Of a stretch of DNA of 64,000 nt, positions 24,713-39,773 are shown piece by piece; within the stretch, counting starts at the first letter, position 1, and every line of letters begins with the position of its first letter. The DNA comes from Auanema rhodensis (lineage: Eukaryota; Animalia; Nematoda). The position numbers and the translations under genes were made by a program. The DNA lies in NCBI GenBank assembly GCA_964057225.1, contig OZ059894.1, forward strand, positions 14,942,001 through 15,006,000. The letters run 5' to 3'. The notes under the pieces are model-generated. The model made no database searches and was not told the DNA's origin. It saw nothing but the letters and a program-made list of their open reading frames with translations.

Positions 24713-27289
24713 CTATAATAAAAAAGCACCAACTTGGCCACGTACTTGACGTTGAAGCTTTCTCTTACGTTGCAGACGATCGCATTGACATCTGGGCGGA
24801 TCACAGCAAGGTGTTATCTGAAAGAGAAAGGAGAATAACCAGTGATAAGAAAATGAATCATAAATTAAAATAGAATAATTATGTGGAACGGTTGAATAAT
24901 TTGTTCTTTTGATCTTAGCTATCAAGCTATTCAAGTTTTGAAAGAATATTTTCAAGGACATACCGTTTTATTGAATCGTCCCAACTGAGCTGGAGCTGGA
25001 ACAAGTGATTGTCTATGCTGGAATAGCACACTCATTCCTAGCTGTCGAATCTGGAAATTATAATTCAAGTTTTAAAAAAATTAACAAGTTTTATAATGAA
25101 AAACCTCAAGAGATTCGCCATTGTCCTCGAGTGGATAACGTTCAAACGGATCTTTGGTTAAATCGAATATGAGAGGAGGAGAATGAGTTATAAGTTGAGA
25201 ATCAGGGCAAGTTTGAGATACATACCTATAAATAAGAAATATAATTTATATTATACAAGATTTTAAGAAATAACATACCAATCATTGCGTGGTTTACCAT
25301 TCGGACAGAAATATTCCAGATTTGGATCGATTGTTTGATTTAAAAAGATCGGGGAAGTTTTATAATGAATCTGCAAGTTTGATATGAATTGATTGTCTTA
25401 ACATCAAATTAAAACCTTGAAACTTCCAAGTCTAATAGCCATTAGATGAGTATTACAGTAGTATATTATAGGTCGACGAAGACCAAGATAACCAGGCTTT
25501 TCAACTGAAACTCCACGAATTTCATCCCAGATGTTTGTACCGTCAAGGTAACGATCATCCTAAAATAATTTTAATTAAATAAGTTATAATAATATTCTTT
25601 TATTCAACCTCCAAGTCACATACTGCTGGTTGGATATCTCGGAATGTTTGGTATAAGTCCATGCTGGAGACAACTTCATGGCTAACTCGGCCACTTTTTA
25701 CATTTCCTGGTTGCCACATAATCATTGGAATCCGGAAGCCACCTTCGAAACTGTTCGATTTTCCTCCTGAACTTTTATTTTTGCAAAAGGCTATGACGAA
25801 TAAATAAACCTTTCAATCCCGCAGTAGATCCTCCATTCAAGCAAAGCTCAACATGTGGGCCATGATCAGACATCAGAACAACTAAGGTGTTTTCCGCTAT
25901 TCCGGCAGACACAATTGAATCCAATACTTCACCTACTGCCCAAGACATTTCATTAATAGAATCTCCATAGATTCCTTTAAAAGTGAATTTTGGTCAATCT
26001 TTTTTGTGAAATCTCTTTACCTCTGGGTGATGTTCCACGAAAACGAGGACTTGCAAACTGAGTGCTGTGGACATGAGGAAAAGATAAATAAAAGAAGAAT
26101 GGTCTTTCGTGTTGATCCTAATTAGAAATTTATATAAAAATTTAAAAATTTGAAAATGTTACAGTAGCCATCCGTAATCGTAGAAAACGATGCCAATCCT
26201 CAACCAAATTCTCGGTCATATCGTCAAATCTCAATGGCTGTTGAACAATCTCATCCCCATCATAGAGGAAACACATAGCTGGATCAGGACCATCAGCATA
26301 GTATTCCTGAAGAAAATGTCATTCTGAGAATATACTCATGAAAAGAAATACCTGAGTTGTATCACATTGCCAGACATTTGTAAATGGTAAATTAATTCCA
26401 ACCCAGTCAAATCCTCTTCTTGATGGTAAATGCTTACCATCTGATGAATTTTTCTCATTTATTCCCAAGTGCCATTTTCCAACCATTCCCGTTGAATATC
26501 CTGATTAGAATCAAATATTATAATACAGATATGTCTGTATTTACAACTTCCTACCTGCCTTTTTAAGCATTTCAGCCATTGTAATCTCTTTTTTTGGTAA
26601 GCCTCCCATGTCATAAGGTAAAAATACTCGACGACCTCCAACAACTCCTAGTCGAATAGGAAGTCGGCCTGCAAATTCAAATGTTGAAATTAATTGTTTA
26701 AAACCAAAATCAATGTCTATATATAGAATTATTTAATTATAGTAAAGTGACAAGTAACATTTACTATTTAAATTTAAAATTGTGGTTTTAAATATTTCAT
26801 TTGTTTATATAATACCCGTCATGAATCCTGCTCTGCTTGGACTACACATGCTATCAGCTGAATATGATTGAGTGAACCGGGTGCCTTCAGCAGCCATTCG
26901 ATCTACCTGAAATCAAGTTCATTTTTTAATTATTCATTGAAACATCTGTAGGAATTATCAAGAGAAATACCACATGAATTATATTACCTCTGTGTATTCT
27001 TGAGTTGGGTGCCCATAGGACGCAATGTCGCCGTAACCTGAAGAAAAACAAGATTATTTCTTAAAAAACTTTGTTTGAACAATTATTTTTGAACGTTCTA
27101 TTGTTTTAATGATTATTTATAAAAGTTTTAAACTTTTTTCAAGAATGTTTCTTGAATATCTTTAGATAATGAGTACATACCTAAATCGTCGACCATCAGA
27201 ATCACAATATTAGGACGAGCAGGGGACGGTGGCTGAGTACAGCCACTTTCGACTGCTCGAAAGTAAAATAATGATAGAAGAATTAACAT
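24713..27289 (-). CDS. sul-2: Arylsulfatase (sulfatase family, SUL-2-like)
   Basis: Signal peptide; [16 protein letters not shown]; [12 protein letters not shown] (formylglycine CxPxR motif); GKWHLG; [12 protein letters not shown]; SDHGP; [14 protein letters not shown]; [13 protein letters not shown]; terminal [11 protein letters not shown] exon. The symbol is assigned by resemblance. Confidence 0.9.
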
Positions 27290-27467
27290 GAGCAATCTGT
27301 ATATTCACGTAATTTTCAATTTATTGTGTTCCAGAGTACAGTTTTCACTTCAATAATGCTACTGAGCATACACAGAAGAACTAAACAGATTCAATGAAGC
27401 CTACTAGAATGATCAAAAATCGTCTGAGAATAGATAAGAATCCCGAAACTGAAAAAAATAAATATAT

Positions 27468-27565
27468 CCATATACGTACATATACATATATATAAATATA
27501 TAAATATATATATACATATATATATATATATATTTATATATATTATACATGATTATATACATATG
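27468..27565. repeat. Imperfect (TA)n/(TACA) microsatellite upstream of the sulfatase ATG
   Basis: Directly visible. Confidence 0.8.
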
Positions 27566-30500
27566 ATTAATATAATAATTAAAATCAGATGACAAAACGA
27601 AAAGACGAATGATTGAAGCCTGAAGAAAGAAATCAAAAGATGATTCAGTTATCATAAATGAGAAACAAAATATATTCTGAGATAAAAAATTTAAAAAATA
27701 AAGATAATAAGCATAAGACAAAGCTTTGAAAACAAAGATTAGGAACATTACAATAGAATTACATGATCATAACGATTTTAGATATTGACTTACCAGAGAG
27801 AATCTGGGATTGTCTTTAATGAGCTCAGCTTTTCCTGCTGGCAAAGTTTTATGTTGCTAACTTAAGCTCAAAAATGAAGCATGTAAAAGAGCAAAAGAAA
27901 CAAATGAGAGAAAAAGAGGGAGGGGTTATAAGGAAGACAGTTGCGGTGAAGAGGAAAGTAGAAGAGTGGTTTTGAAAAAGAATAAAGAAATAAGAGAGAA
28001 CTAGACAAAGAGTACGAGAGTTATATATGGTATGAAAAGAGAAAAAAAGATCGGAAGTAAAAAAAAGAATAAAAGAAGCAGTCCATGGGAGGGAGAAGCT
28101 CAACCGTTTCTTACTTGCATGATCACTGAAATGAAACAAACGTTACGTGAACTTTACGTGGAGCAAAGTTTTGTTTTAATATATGTGTGCTTTGGGAATG
28201 TGCAAGCATAAAGAAACAGTAGAATATATGATGAAAAGCATCAGGAAACATAAAAATAGGAAAAGCTCTGATCTATTACGCTATGAAACTTCGAGTGATC
28301 AGACAAAACCATGTCCAGCACCCTCATCAGCATATATTGTTGATCAAAGATTGATATAGTCTTTCCAAGTTTAAGAGTATTTCTTTTTTCATTTTGATAA
28401 AAAAAAGTTTATTTTGATTTGAAAATTAAAGGAAACAAGTCGTATACGTATATTATTTTTTCAAACTGCATAAACGTATTGTAAGAAAACAAGTATCTGA
28501 TAATCTGATGATAGACAAATATAAATTATTTTCAGTTATAATATTTTTAAATTTAATTTATAAAATTATTTTTAAAATATATACAAAAGAATATCTATCT
28601 GTAATTATATATTTTTCTTGAAATAATTTCAAATAAAAATATATTTTTAATTATTCTTTTAACTAAAAAATAAATGAGATAGATAGATGATACACTATCA
28701 ATTCATTAGGGAATTAAGATTTTGAAGTTTTTTTTTCAGATTTAAATTATTGTCTTGATCATATGAACGAAATATTTTATAAATTCTTAATACGATAAGA
28801 TGATCAGTACTCTTTGATATCATGAAGTACTCAGAAAATCAACACATACATATGTATGTATGTATGATGATGATGATGATGATCTGGACAAAAATAGAAG
28901 TCAAATAGATTTAATTATGTTTTTATTATTTAAATTAATTTTATAATATCTAATATATGTATGTATTTGAATAGAATGACTTTCTGAAATTGATCATTGT
29001 GATGTAATCCTACGAACATATCTACATCGCTTTTCTTAGTTTTAATTATATATTCATAAATGAAAATTCTTTTAAATGAAAGATTTCATACTGATCCCAG
29101 GTTTAAAAGCAATTCTTGTCCTGATACGTGAGTATATGAAGCAATTTTGAAAAGAAAAGTGAAATAAGCTGGATATTTAATTTCCTTTACCTCTTATGAA
29201 ATATAAATTTGTAGTATTTATGGATTTATAACTATTATCCTAAATATTTGAAATACTCTCAGTGAATGAACTTTGTAGAAGTGATTAGAAGTGTATGAGT
29301 GATTTTATAAAAGATGAACAAGACTTCTTCTATACATCATTAAGTGCCAAAGCCGGAAGTGACGAACTGTTCAGTTTGGACAAGACTTTGTAAGAAGAAT
29401 GATAAATTTGAAGCTGATTAATAATTCAAACAACTAAAGCGAGTAGGTAGATTGAGCTTTTAACTCAAACATAACTCAAACAAACGAAACAATCTCATTT
29501 TAAATGTTTCATTTAATTTATGAAGGAGGTTGTGTATACTCCGTTTAAAGCTCTAATGCAAGGCTGTCCGCAGTATCATCCTATACTTAACAGAACAGGC
29601 ATACTGAGTTAAGTATAGGAGAAGAATCTGAGAAGGCACAAGCTGAGGACATGAATGGCTGATGAGCCTAGCATATAACAGAAAAGACAAAAATGACACT
29701 TTGAAACTTTGTCATTCTCATTCACTACTGAAGTCCAACGTCACGGATTGACTGAAGAATTTGTTCGGAAGTGGATCTGTCAGTTGTCACGATACACGTG
29801 GTTCCAGAGATGAACTGACGGTCGGAGCAAAAGCCACCGAAGCTAATACAAGATGAATTCGAGCATTGTAGCAATATGAACAAACGTATATACACATGAT
29901 ATTCATGATTTAGATGATTTAGGAATATGATTTATCTAACAAAATGCGATAATTTCTCTGAATGAGGATAATCTGTTAGCAAGACGATTCAATATTTTCA
30001 TCTGATGGTCGGCAACAATCAGCTATAACAATGACAGAAAAGAATCTTATACGCAAAACTTACTGTACAATAGATTATTCATAATACATAATATCTCATA
30101 AAGATATCAAATATGAAATAAACTGTTTTATTCAATAAGAGAGATTGAGAGAGGGGGAGAGAGAGAGATTAAGCTTTTGGTTTTAAGAATACTTGTAAGA
30201 ATGTGAGAATTACGATGAGTTTATTAAAACAACAATACTATATATGTATTTATTTCAGTCAGTCATATGTTTTTTTCAAAATATTGTCTGATTAAATGTG
30301 TTCGAATAATACTTCAAATTCTGTAATCTCAGACAAGACTTTTTTTCTTTCACATTCACTTCAAAACGTTATTTCATGAGATTTTCTGACCGGAATCATT
30401 TCTGAAAACACCTGATGCTGAGAAAAGATAGCATAACAGGCAGAAAAACATGTTAATTATTCGAATAAGTTCAAGTTTTTACAGAAAAAATAGGAAACAC

Positions 30501-31988
30501 TTGATGTTATTGCTTGTTGCATTCTAATTACCGACTAGCCGATGCTGATGGACTGCCAGGGTGTTTGGTCGTCGGTTGGCTATACGGATCAACGTTGGTT
30601 CATCAAGAATTCATACAAATGAAGTAGATTGTACATATGATAAATGAAGACTATGGATGATTTTACGTAATCATATCAGTATTAGTAAGCAAGTATTGAA
30701 TTGCAGGAGATTATAGTATCTTGTAGTTTTTTGGATCATACGTTGTTAGAAATAGAAGATTTGGAAGCCATAATAGGCTTATATAAGGCATACTACAACC
30801 GCAGTTTGATGAGTGGATTAGGGAAAAAATGGAGCCATGAAGTGACACATCTTTCAGCTGAATAGAAGATAGTAATGCTATGTTTAGGAGGAAGAATTGA
30901 GAGCGTCAAAGAAGGAGGATGAGGGGGAGGAGGAGGAGGGGGAGTAGAACGAGGACGAAAGATAGACTTGAATCAAGAAAATTTCAAGAGTGCATGTTCC
31001 CTTTTTTTGGTCAACCTGCATATGATAGCTTGTTGCAACTTGAGACATCTGAATGGACAGGAATAAAGTTTCAAGACAGTGAAGCACAGGGGAAAAGAAG
31101 TGAAGAAAGCCAGATCGAGAATTGGGTTCATCAAAACGAAGTGAGAAAGGCATGGAATCACGACCTTAACAAACCATAGTGTGGGCACTTACTGAGATAT
31201 GGAAAAGAGAAACAAAGCTTGAGAAAAATCAAAGTTTGACACAACTTAACTACTGTATACGTCAGAAATCAAAGTCTGTCTTTAGGGATGAAAAAAGAAA
31301 AAAATCAAGTTAGGCCAGTAAAGACGAGTACATGTCTGTCACATGAGAACTGATAAACTTAATAGCTTATGATGTAAGTTAAATAGATAATTGTATGACC
31401 TCTGACCCATGATCTTAACGGTCAAGATGTGGTAACAATATTCTTAAAGTCATTATTAAAGAAAAAAATGTAGAGAAAAACGAAGATGAACAGAAAATTT
31501 AATTCGAAAAAAACAAATTAAAGAAAAAAAATTATTTATTGCTTTATTTGATATTTTAAATAGAAGGAAGTGACAGGTCCATAAAATTAAAGAAAGTCAG
31601 TATTTCGTACAAAACAAAATATGAAACAAACTCTAAATGCAATGTGACTTGCTTGCAAAATAAGCTAACAAATACTCTCTGCAATTGATCTCATGATGAC
31701 GCTTTCATGCAGATATTACATAAGAATTATATCACAAAGCATTCATTAAAGGTTCAAAAAGTCTGAATATTAACAGTATCTTACATACATTTATATATTT
31801 TATATATAGGTACATATATGTATTCTGATTTTAATATAAAAAAAAGTTTTTTTTTAAAATCATGCGAAAAATCTGTTATGCCGCCTCCGTAACCTACAAA
31901 GGCACTTCTCGACTCATAATGCTATATATGTATAAGTAGATATAGATATATAAGTATTGCTGACGAAGAAAGCAAATGGAGAAGGTAG

Positions 31989-32029
<41 letters not shown>

Positions 32030-35000
32030 AACGAAGTCTTGAAGACATCAAGTCATCGATGATGACTTATTCTTGATGAACACCATTGAGTAGGTGAACG
32101 AGTAGTGTACTTGAAACAACGGAAAATATAATGAACATTAATGTAAATGACTGTTGATTATATTTAAAATTTTCAAATTTAAATAAAAATGAATTTAAGA
32201 TTCTTCAACTATCAAAGATCTTCGAAAACATGTTAAATGAGTTCGATGATGTTGAAGAAATACTCGAAGACGAAAGACGTGTAAGATATGGAAAACGAGA
32301 CGAAGAAGAAGAAACAGAAGAAGGAAATAAGAAGTAAGTTCTCACATATTACGGACGGCAGCTAACGATGATGATGATGATATGTTCGAAATTTAGTAAA
32401 AATAATCCTAAAACTTAAGCTGAATGTATATTTGATATGCAAATTACGAGATTTGAGGTTCGATTAATATTATTTCATTTGAACTGAACTTCTTCGTAAT
32501 ATTGCAAATTTTTTTAGCAACAAAGGTTATTTCAGAAATATTTACCTATGCATAAAGCAACGTTATTATTTATTTATGAAATTCTTCTATAAATGATTAC
32601 GAAGAGTCAATCCGAATTAGGATGTTGAAGCTAATCATACTGAAAATATTAGTATGGGACGATGACGTCAGCTCAAGTTGCAAAAAAAAGCTTAAAAGAA
32701 GAAAGTGTATTTTCTCTTTTCTCTCATAAATAGAACAAGTTGTAAATTTTCTTATTTATTGTCATCAATCGAATTGATTGTTGTGACGAAAAAAAAGGAT
32801 AACAACATTTTCCCATGCTCACATTCTTCCTTTCTCTAATTTTTTATTTTCAAAAAAAAAGTGTTGTTAACAAAATATAACAATTAATTGTAAAAAGTAG
32901 AAATACTTCATCACAGATTAATTAGAAGAAAATGAAATTATTCTAAGGATATTGAAAGAAGATATGATTGATTATGATAGAAATTTTGCATTAGCTATTA
33001 TGAAAATTAAAGAAAAGATAGGTTCTCGAGAAAATATTCGAAAAATGTATGTACCTGTACCGACGACATCATCAATAATCAAGATACGAGCTGTCTCTCA
33101 TGATCATATAGAAAGGAAATATGTTGGGTTTAGTTAAAAATCAAGAAAGTGGAAAAGAAAATTAATTCCAAAGGACTTCTGGACAGAAAATAAAAATCCT
33201 CGTCCAAACATCGACTACAGACATAATCAAACAGCAGGCAGAGAATGTGAGAGAGAAAAAAGAAACTAAGAGCAGCCGAGCCAGCTTGAAGTTAGGAGGT
33301 TTGGAAGACGTGAGAAGATAGAGAAATAGAAGGAGAAAGTTAAGAGAGAGACGGGAGAAATTGAGATGAAGAGAGTTTTTGAGAGAATAGAACTAAAAAT
33401 ATGTTCCTTAAGGCACTTTATCAACATAAATTCACATCACTATCAATGGCATAAAGTGCAATATGTTGATATGATATTCTTAAATTTTAAAATTTCTTCC
33501 AAATACCATCTTGATGAATAAGTTTATGAGAATATATTTTTCACTTTCTCTTAGAATGTGGAAGAGGAGAAGTACAACAACGATATCTTTTGGTGCAAAT
33601 GCTATGCTTTGTGACGTCATGCACGTGCTGATACCTGAAATGCAATCCGGTCAGCAAAGGAACATACATCAAATTCCTGTGAATTTTTTTTTGGCTTGTG
33701 TTGGTATTTCCTACGATAGATTTAGAATATTGCTAAAAATCCAAATAAGTCAACATCATTGTTTTCAGATAATTCCAGTTGCATTATTCATCTTTCTTGT
33801 AGATACTCATGCAAATTTCTCTAACTATATGGTCGAAAAATAGGTCCCAATGTGTGTTTTTAGGCTCCAACGTGAAAACATACGAGCTTCGTCATCTCCA
33901 GTGTATTTTTTTTCATCATGGTATATGAATGGTGAGCTGACAGATGAATTTTATGTGTTACGAGTGTTATCACGCAATCTAAACGTTGTTCGAGTCGCTC
34001 AAAAGAATGTTGTTTGTCAGTTGGCGTGTAACAAATAAACAAATAGCCTTCAGGCACAAATCTTATTTAACTAGTGGGCAAAAGTTGTAGTCGTAGTGTC
34101 CATCACAAATCTTGAAGAAACAAAAGATTTAGATAACCGAGTGATTAGTTATAGCTGAAGCCAAAAATTTGCGACGAGAAATGAAGAGAAAGACACGGGG
34201 CATACGAGACCGGAACGGTGTAGTCGTCAGAATGATTGAGTGAGTGAAAGATGAATAGAAAATTGGGATGAGAGGTGAATTTGAGATGTGTTGGAATGAG
34301 ATGAAGAAATGGAAATCCAACCGTTCCATGCGAAATTGCAGATCAAAATGATTCACGTGAATTATGTGAGTACCACGTGGATCACGTAAATAAGCAAGAT
34401 GCTATACACGTATATAGAAGAAATTACATTATTTTTCTTATTTTTTAAAACGAGGAAAGGTATGCGCTTGCTCAGATTTATAGCAATCTTCACGGATTTT
34501 CATAGATTAAAATAATTTTTCATAGCAAGTTTCAGTATATGATGAAGATTAGAAAAATGACAGATTTCAACAATGATGGTCTTCTTTTTGAAGCAGACAT
34601 TAAATATTATTTATAGCAATATGCAATCGCTCAGCAGTATTAGATGGCAAATAGCAAACAGTATGATGCATCAGCATAGCCTATCGTTGAAAACTAGCAA
34701 GATAATCTTTGAGAAAGCTTGATTTTCTACTGGATAATTAGTGGCAGTTCAAAATGTGGGAAAGCCTGTTCAAAAACAGAAGTAATAAGCGGAAAACGTA
34801 GTACAATAGTCTTAGTTAGTTAGTTAGATTATAACATTATTATATCTTCAGTAAATATTCTATAAAACAGCCAACATGTACTAAAATAGAAAAGCACATG
34901 TGAAAATTAATGAGATGCTATATCCGACTACTGGCTTAGCTGCATCAATGCTGATATAAGAATCTCAGATGTAGATGCCTGATGTGAGAATGTTAATGAG

Positions 35001-38000
35001 TATGTTCCAAAAATATGATATGTAATGACGACTTGGCAGTGAGTTTTCGAAAGAAAAAAAAAGAAGCAAATAATGTGAAAAATAGCCAAGATAATATTAG
35101 AATTCTATTGTGTGTTGATGGAACGGGTGGACAACACATGGTTTTGAACACATGGTTTATGCTTTTTTTTATTGAATTTTCTAATTTCGTCCAACACTTG
35201 AGAAAGGTGTTGAACAACTACTTTATGGAACATGTTAATGATTATCTGATTGATATTGAGAAAGTAAGAGAAATTGAGAGAACGGAAAAAGAGAAAGAAG
35301 ATATCTGAGAAGAGAGAAGAAACACTAAAAATTAAGACAAGAGAGAAAGGTAAAAATAAAAATTATGGAAGGAAAAAGAGAAAGAAAGAGAAAGAGAACG
35401 GTTAGCTGTAATGAACAGAATCATTCACGTTTACTACTATTCGATACGGTAATGCACAAAGGAATCAGAATAGATGATGTAAGCGAGGGGGAGACAACCG
35501 GGTTGCAAGCGAATTGATGCAAAAAAAATATTTTTTTGAAAACAGAAAAAAAAAACCTATAGGAAAAGTGTAGCAAATAATTAATTAACGCATTAATGAT
35601 TAAAGATTATCAGAGCAATATTCACAGCACTATCCGGGAACTGTATTATATAGTTATAAGTGCTGTCTATTGTCTACAACTATTTCTAATATTTTCTCAA
35701 GCAACTATAATAAAAATAAATTGAAAGTAAATTATGTGTAGTAAAATTTACAAGTTCAAACTGATCAGAAATCTATAATTCTACAGCCGGATGGGAAAGT
35801 TGGAACATAAGTAGTTAAAGGTTTGTTTTGCTTGCTGTTATTTATTTTTCATTTGAATGACAAAGAGTTCAGAAGAAATATTCGTTCAACTATATTCTTG
35901 ATTGAATTTACGAATAATTATGAATACAAAAAAAAAGAGAAAAATAGGGGTTGGAAAGAGGAAATATGATGAAGTTTGACTCGTTTTGTATAAAATAGAA
36001 TTATAAATAGAAAAACCTACAATTAACTAACATGAAAAGGAATAAGAAAATGATTACAAGTAATTTTGAGAAAATTTATATAAACTCTAGCCCATGAAGA
36101 ACATGATGACGTTTTATATCACGAACTATTAAAGCTGACACACCTTTTAAATAAATTTCATATCAACTAATTAAAATTAATACCTTTAATGAACTAAAAT
36201 GGTATTAAAACTAAAATTTTGTTTATATAAACTTGATTAAAGTGTGAGATTGGTTTCTTATCTAGAAATAAAAATAATTTGAAGGAGAAGGTGAAAAAAA
36301 TTTCAAAAGTACTACTAAGCTTATGGCAAACAAACTAAAATTGTCATGACTTAGAACAAAAGTGAAAATAAAGGTTGTACAAATGTTCTTCCTTCCTTCA
36401 TAATTATAAATAAATGAAACAAGCTGTGTTATGAACTTTATGGCCAGAAAGAATGCAAAAAATTCATATTTTCTATTTGCATTGCTTTAGTACTCTCTTT
36501 AAATCATTAACTCCCACCCTCTCTTTCTCTTTCTCTCCCCTCTTTTCTATCTTTAATATGGAACTTTCAAAATCATCCTACCCACCCACTAAGTCATGAT
36601 GGCAACTTAATCTAATATTGCTTGACGTATATTTCATAAAAAAAGTTGAAATACTTTTAACGACAAATTCAACGAAAAAAGATATATGTATTCTCAGAGA
36701 TCTATGTAAAATTATTGAAAATCTTCCTCTTTTCAAGAAATGAGATAAGAAAACCTTACAATAGCTGGCTATTTTGGATTTTAAACATGCTCAATGATCA
36801 GCTTTGCCTCTAAAGAGTTAATCAAGTATCAGTTTTTAGTATTTATAGTTCTCGAATCTGTCAGGTTAGCTGATTAAACCATCTGAAGATCAGAGCTCAG
36901 TTAAAAAAAATCTTTTGGGAAATTGTATTTAACAATGAAAACAGGAAAGAGATATGCATGTTAAAGAGACGATTAATTTGAAAAATAAATGTCAAACTAG
37001 TATCATAACTTCATTTCAACTTTGCCAAGAATATGATCTGTGATGCTGGCAACGATTACGACAGAAAACATTGTTGACTGGCTTTTTATAAGTTGGACAT
37101 AGCATGAAACTGCAACTAAAGATATACATGAATCGGAGTAATACGTTTATGAAAGAGGAAGAATTTGGAGAGCTCGGCCAGGGGAGATATGTGTGAGGAA
37201 TATCTGACGTCATCATGTTCTGCACATTCATATAAGCGCAGCCAATCCTTTATAATGAGAAACAACTAGTCTAATTATAAGGAAATTAGTGTGAAGAAAC
37301 TTCAAAAGAAGTGTAGAAAACATAAAACAAAAGCAAAATTTAATACAATCATTCTGGCGAATACGAAATGAGGAAATAATGAACATTTTGGATGTATCTA
37401 CATAACTATATATATATATATGGTTCAAATTGTTTATTAATAGTAATACAAAATAATAAAAATTCGTCAGTTTTCCTACGAACTTCATGTTTACAAATCC
37501 AATATCATACATCGAATCTTATGTTCAAATATGGATACATACAAATGAGTTCGTGGGTAAGGGAATGTACCCGACTGTTGATGCTATACCGCTTGAACTT
37601 CATCCTACGATATTCTCTTGCACTCAGTTGCGTTCTCTCTCTAACTCGCTTTATATATTTCTCTTGCTATCTCTATTTCACTATATGTTTCAGTTCAATT
37701 ATCTCATGCTCAAAAGGTATCTAAACATTTTTTTTTGAAAAACTTTTTCTAAATTGTAGAGAGAAAAAGAAAAATTGTGACTAATGAGCATTCAAAATAT
37801 ATAAAATCTTCTAAAATCGGGTAATGCCATGAGGCCGAAACACTGAAAGGACGCATCTGTTTCTGAAAAGGATGAGTAAAATGCTTCAAATATTTCCTTA
37901 TATAGGGATTCAGTTGAAAGACATACGTGAATCTTCTTTCTTTCTCCAAAATATGAATAGTCAGTTCAAGATTACGGTAAAGCATTGAAATAAAGGACAC

Positions 38001-39773
38001 TAATATACTTCATACTAGACCATTTCGGTTGCAGTTCAGCTCAGACCAACTGTTGTTCCGGATTTGAACTGCCTCTTCTATTATTCTCTGATTAAATAAA
38101 AATGTAAATGGACAAATAAGAGCTGGAAAAGGACAAAACCGAAAATATGGAATTATAAAACAGAAACTGAGAAGATTTGCAGGATAATCCGATTTTCAAT
38201 TGTTCATACAATAATATGTACAAACTAATTTTATGTTTTTTGAAAATCGCAAGTGAATATTATATAATTGGAAGCATATTACGGGGGAGTAACAAGACAT
38301 CATGGCTTTGTTTCGTTTTTGGCTATTATAATATTTTATTCTGAACAAGAAAAAAAAACGAAGATATTTACGTCGTATAAATATAGAAATTCTTTGTACC
38401 ATGAATGTCATTTATATTTATTTATATAATTAAAACTGAAGCATCATTTTTTTCTTTTTCATATTAACTTAATCATTTATTTAGAAATTATAATTTGATG
38501 ATGCTATTAGACGAACTGTCGATTTTCTATTCGTCAACTGGATTCTTCCATTACTACATAGAATATTTCTACCAATGCCAATCTTTTGGAAGTAATTTTT
38601 CAAATGCTCTTCAAATATTTTTATGTCATTTCCGGTTAAACGTTTTTTTCAGCCTTAAGCTTTGCATTAACGCTTTAATTCCCTTTTATTTTTTGAAAAA
38701 AAAATTTTTGTTGACAGTTATCAAAATCTATAAATATATTTAACTGCTTTATTATTTGAGGATATCGAACTTTCGTGTCACTTAGCTACATTGCTACTAG
38801 CATTTATAATGAAAAATTTAATGTCAACTACCACATTTCTTGAATTTCTTTGATTAAATATTGTATTATCAATGGTTAATTTAAATACTAAAAAGGATCA
38901 AGTTACTGAATGTGAGTATAAAATAAATTTTCGAAATATTTAAAAGCTTAAATTGGTAGTAAGAAAAATAAATTTCGTACAATTATTTCATTTTCTGTAA
39001 TATTCACAGATATGATTAGATTTGTTCAAAAAGAATTTTTTTAATTGTATGTTGAATATTCTGAATTTTATTTTTCAAAGAAATTTTTAATCTTAGCAAA
39101 TATGTTTATATAGAAACCAACCGTAATTATTACTATTACAACTACTGTTTAATATTCAAAAGATAAGTATATACATTAAAAAATTTCTGATAAAAATTAA
39201 ACAGAAAGACGAAGCAAAAATAAGCAAAAAGAACCTATTTCTGTTCAGATTAATTAATGAAACGATATTATTACTAGTATAACGTTCTTAATATTTTTAT
39301 CTGTATCAGCTTATTAGCATATAAAACGAGTTCAATTTGTAATCTTAAAATATGCAAATTTTGTAATCAATTCATTTTGAGTTAGCCTGCCATGCAGAAC
39401 GGTCGCTTTTTAATTTATTTACTCGTTCAATATATCTAAAAAAATTGTTTCAGGCTTAAAAGCTCGAATCAATATGGTGAAGTAGATAATGATTTAGATC
39501 AAATGGGATAGAATTAGAAATGTAGGTTCAAATGTATTTTTTTAAATTACCAATACATTCATGTTGCAATTCAAACAGAAAATTGCAGATTTTTAGACAT
39601 TTATGGCAAATTAAATTACGGCTTCATTTTGGCTTACGGTACACATTCGTACGTAAAGTATATTCTGCGAACTTTGCCATTAGCTCCGATCGAAACCGCA
39701 AAGCTTCTTAATAAACGTATTTATTTTAATGTTTTATATGTTTTTATAAGTTAAAATTATGTAATTTTCAGTC

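Noticed and set aside
24379-24873. 164-aa plus-strand ORF
   Set aside because: Antisense to the sulfatase last exon and 3' UTR; no motifs.
32200-32335. Exon-like frame containing RRVRYGKR, similar to a neuropeptide amidation/cleavage site
   Set aside because: No signal-peptide exon found, the predicted peptide would be only 3 aa, and the region is purine-rich low-complexity sequence; probably chance.
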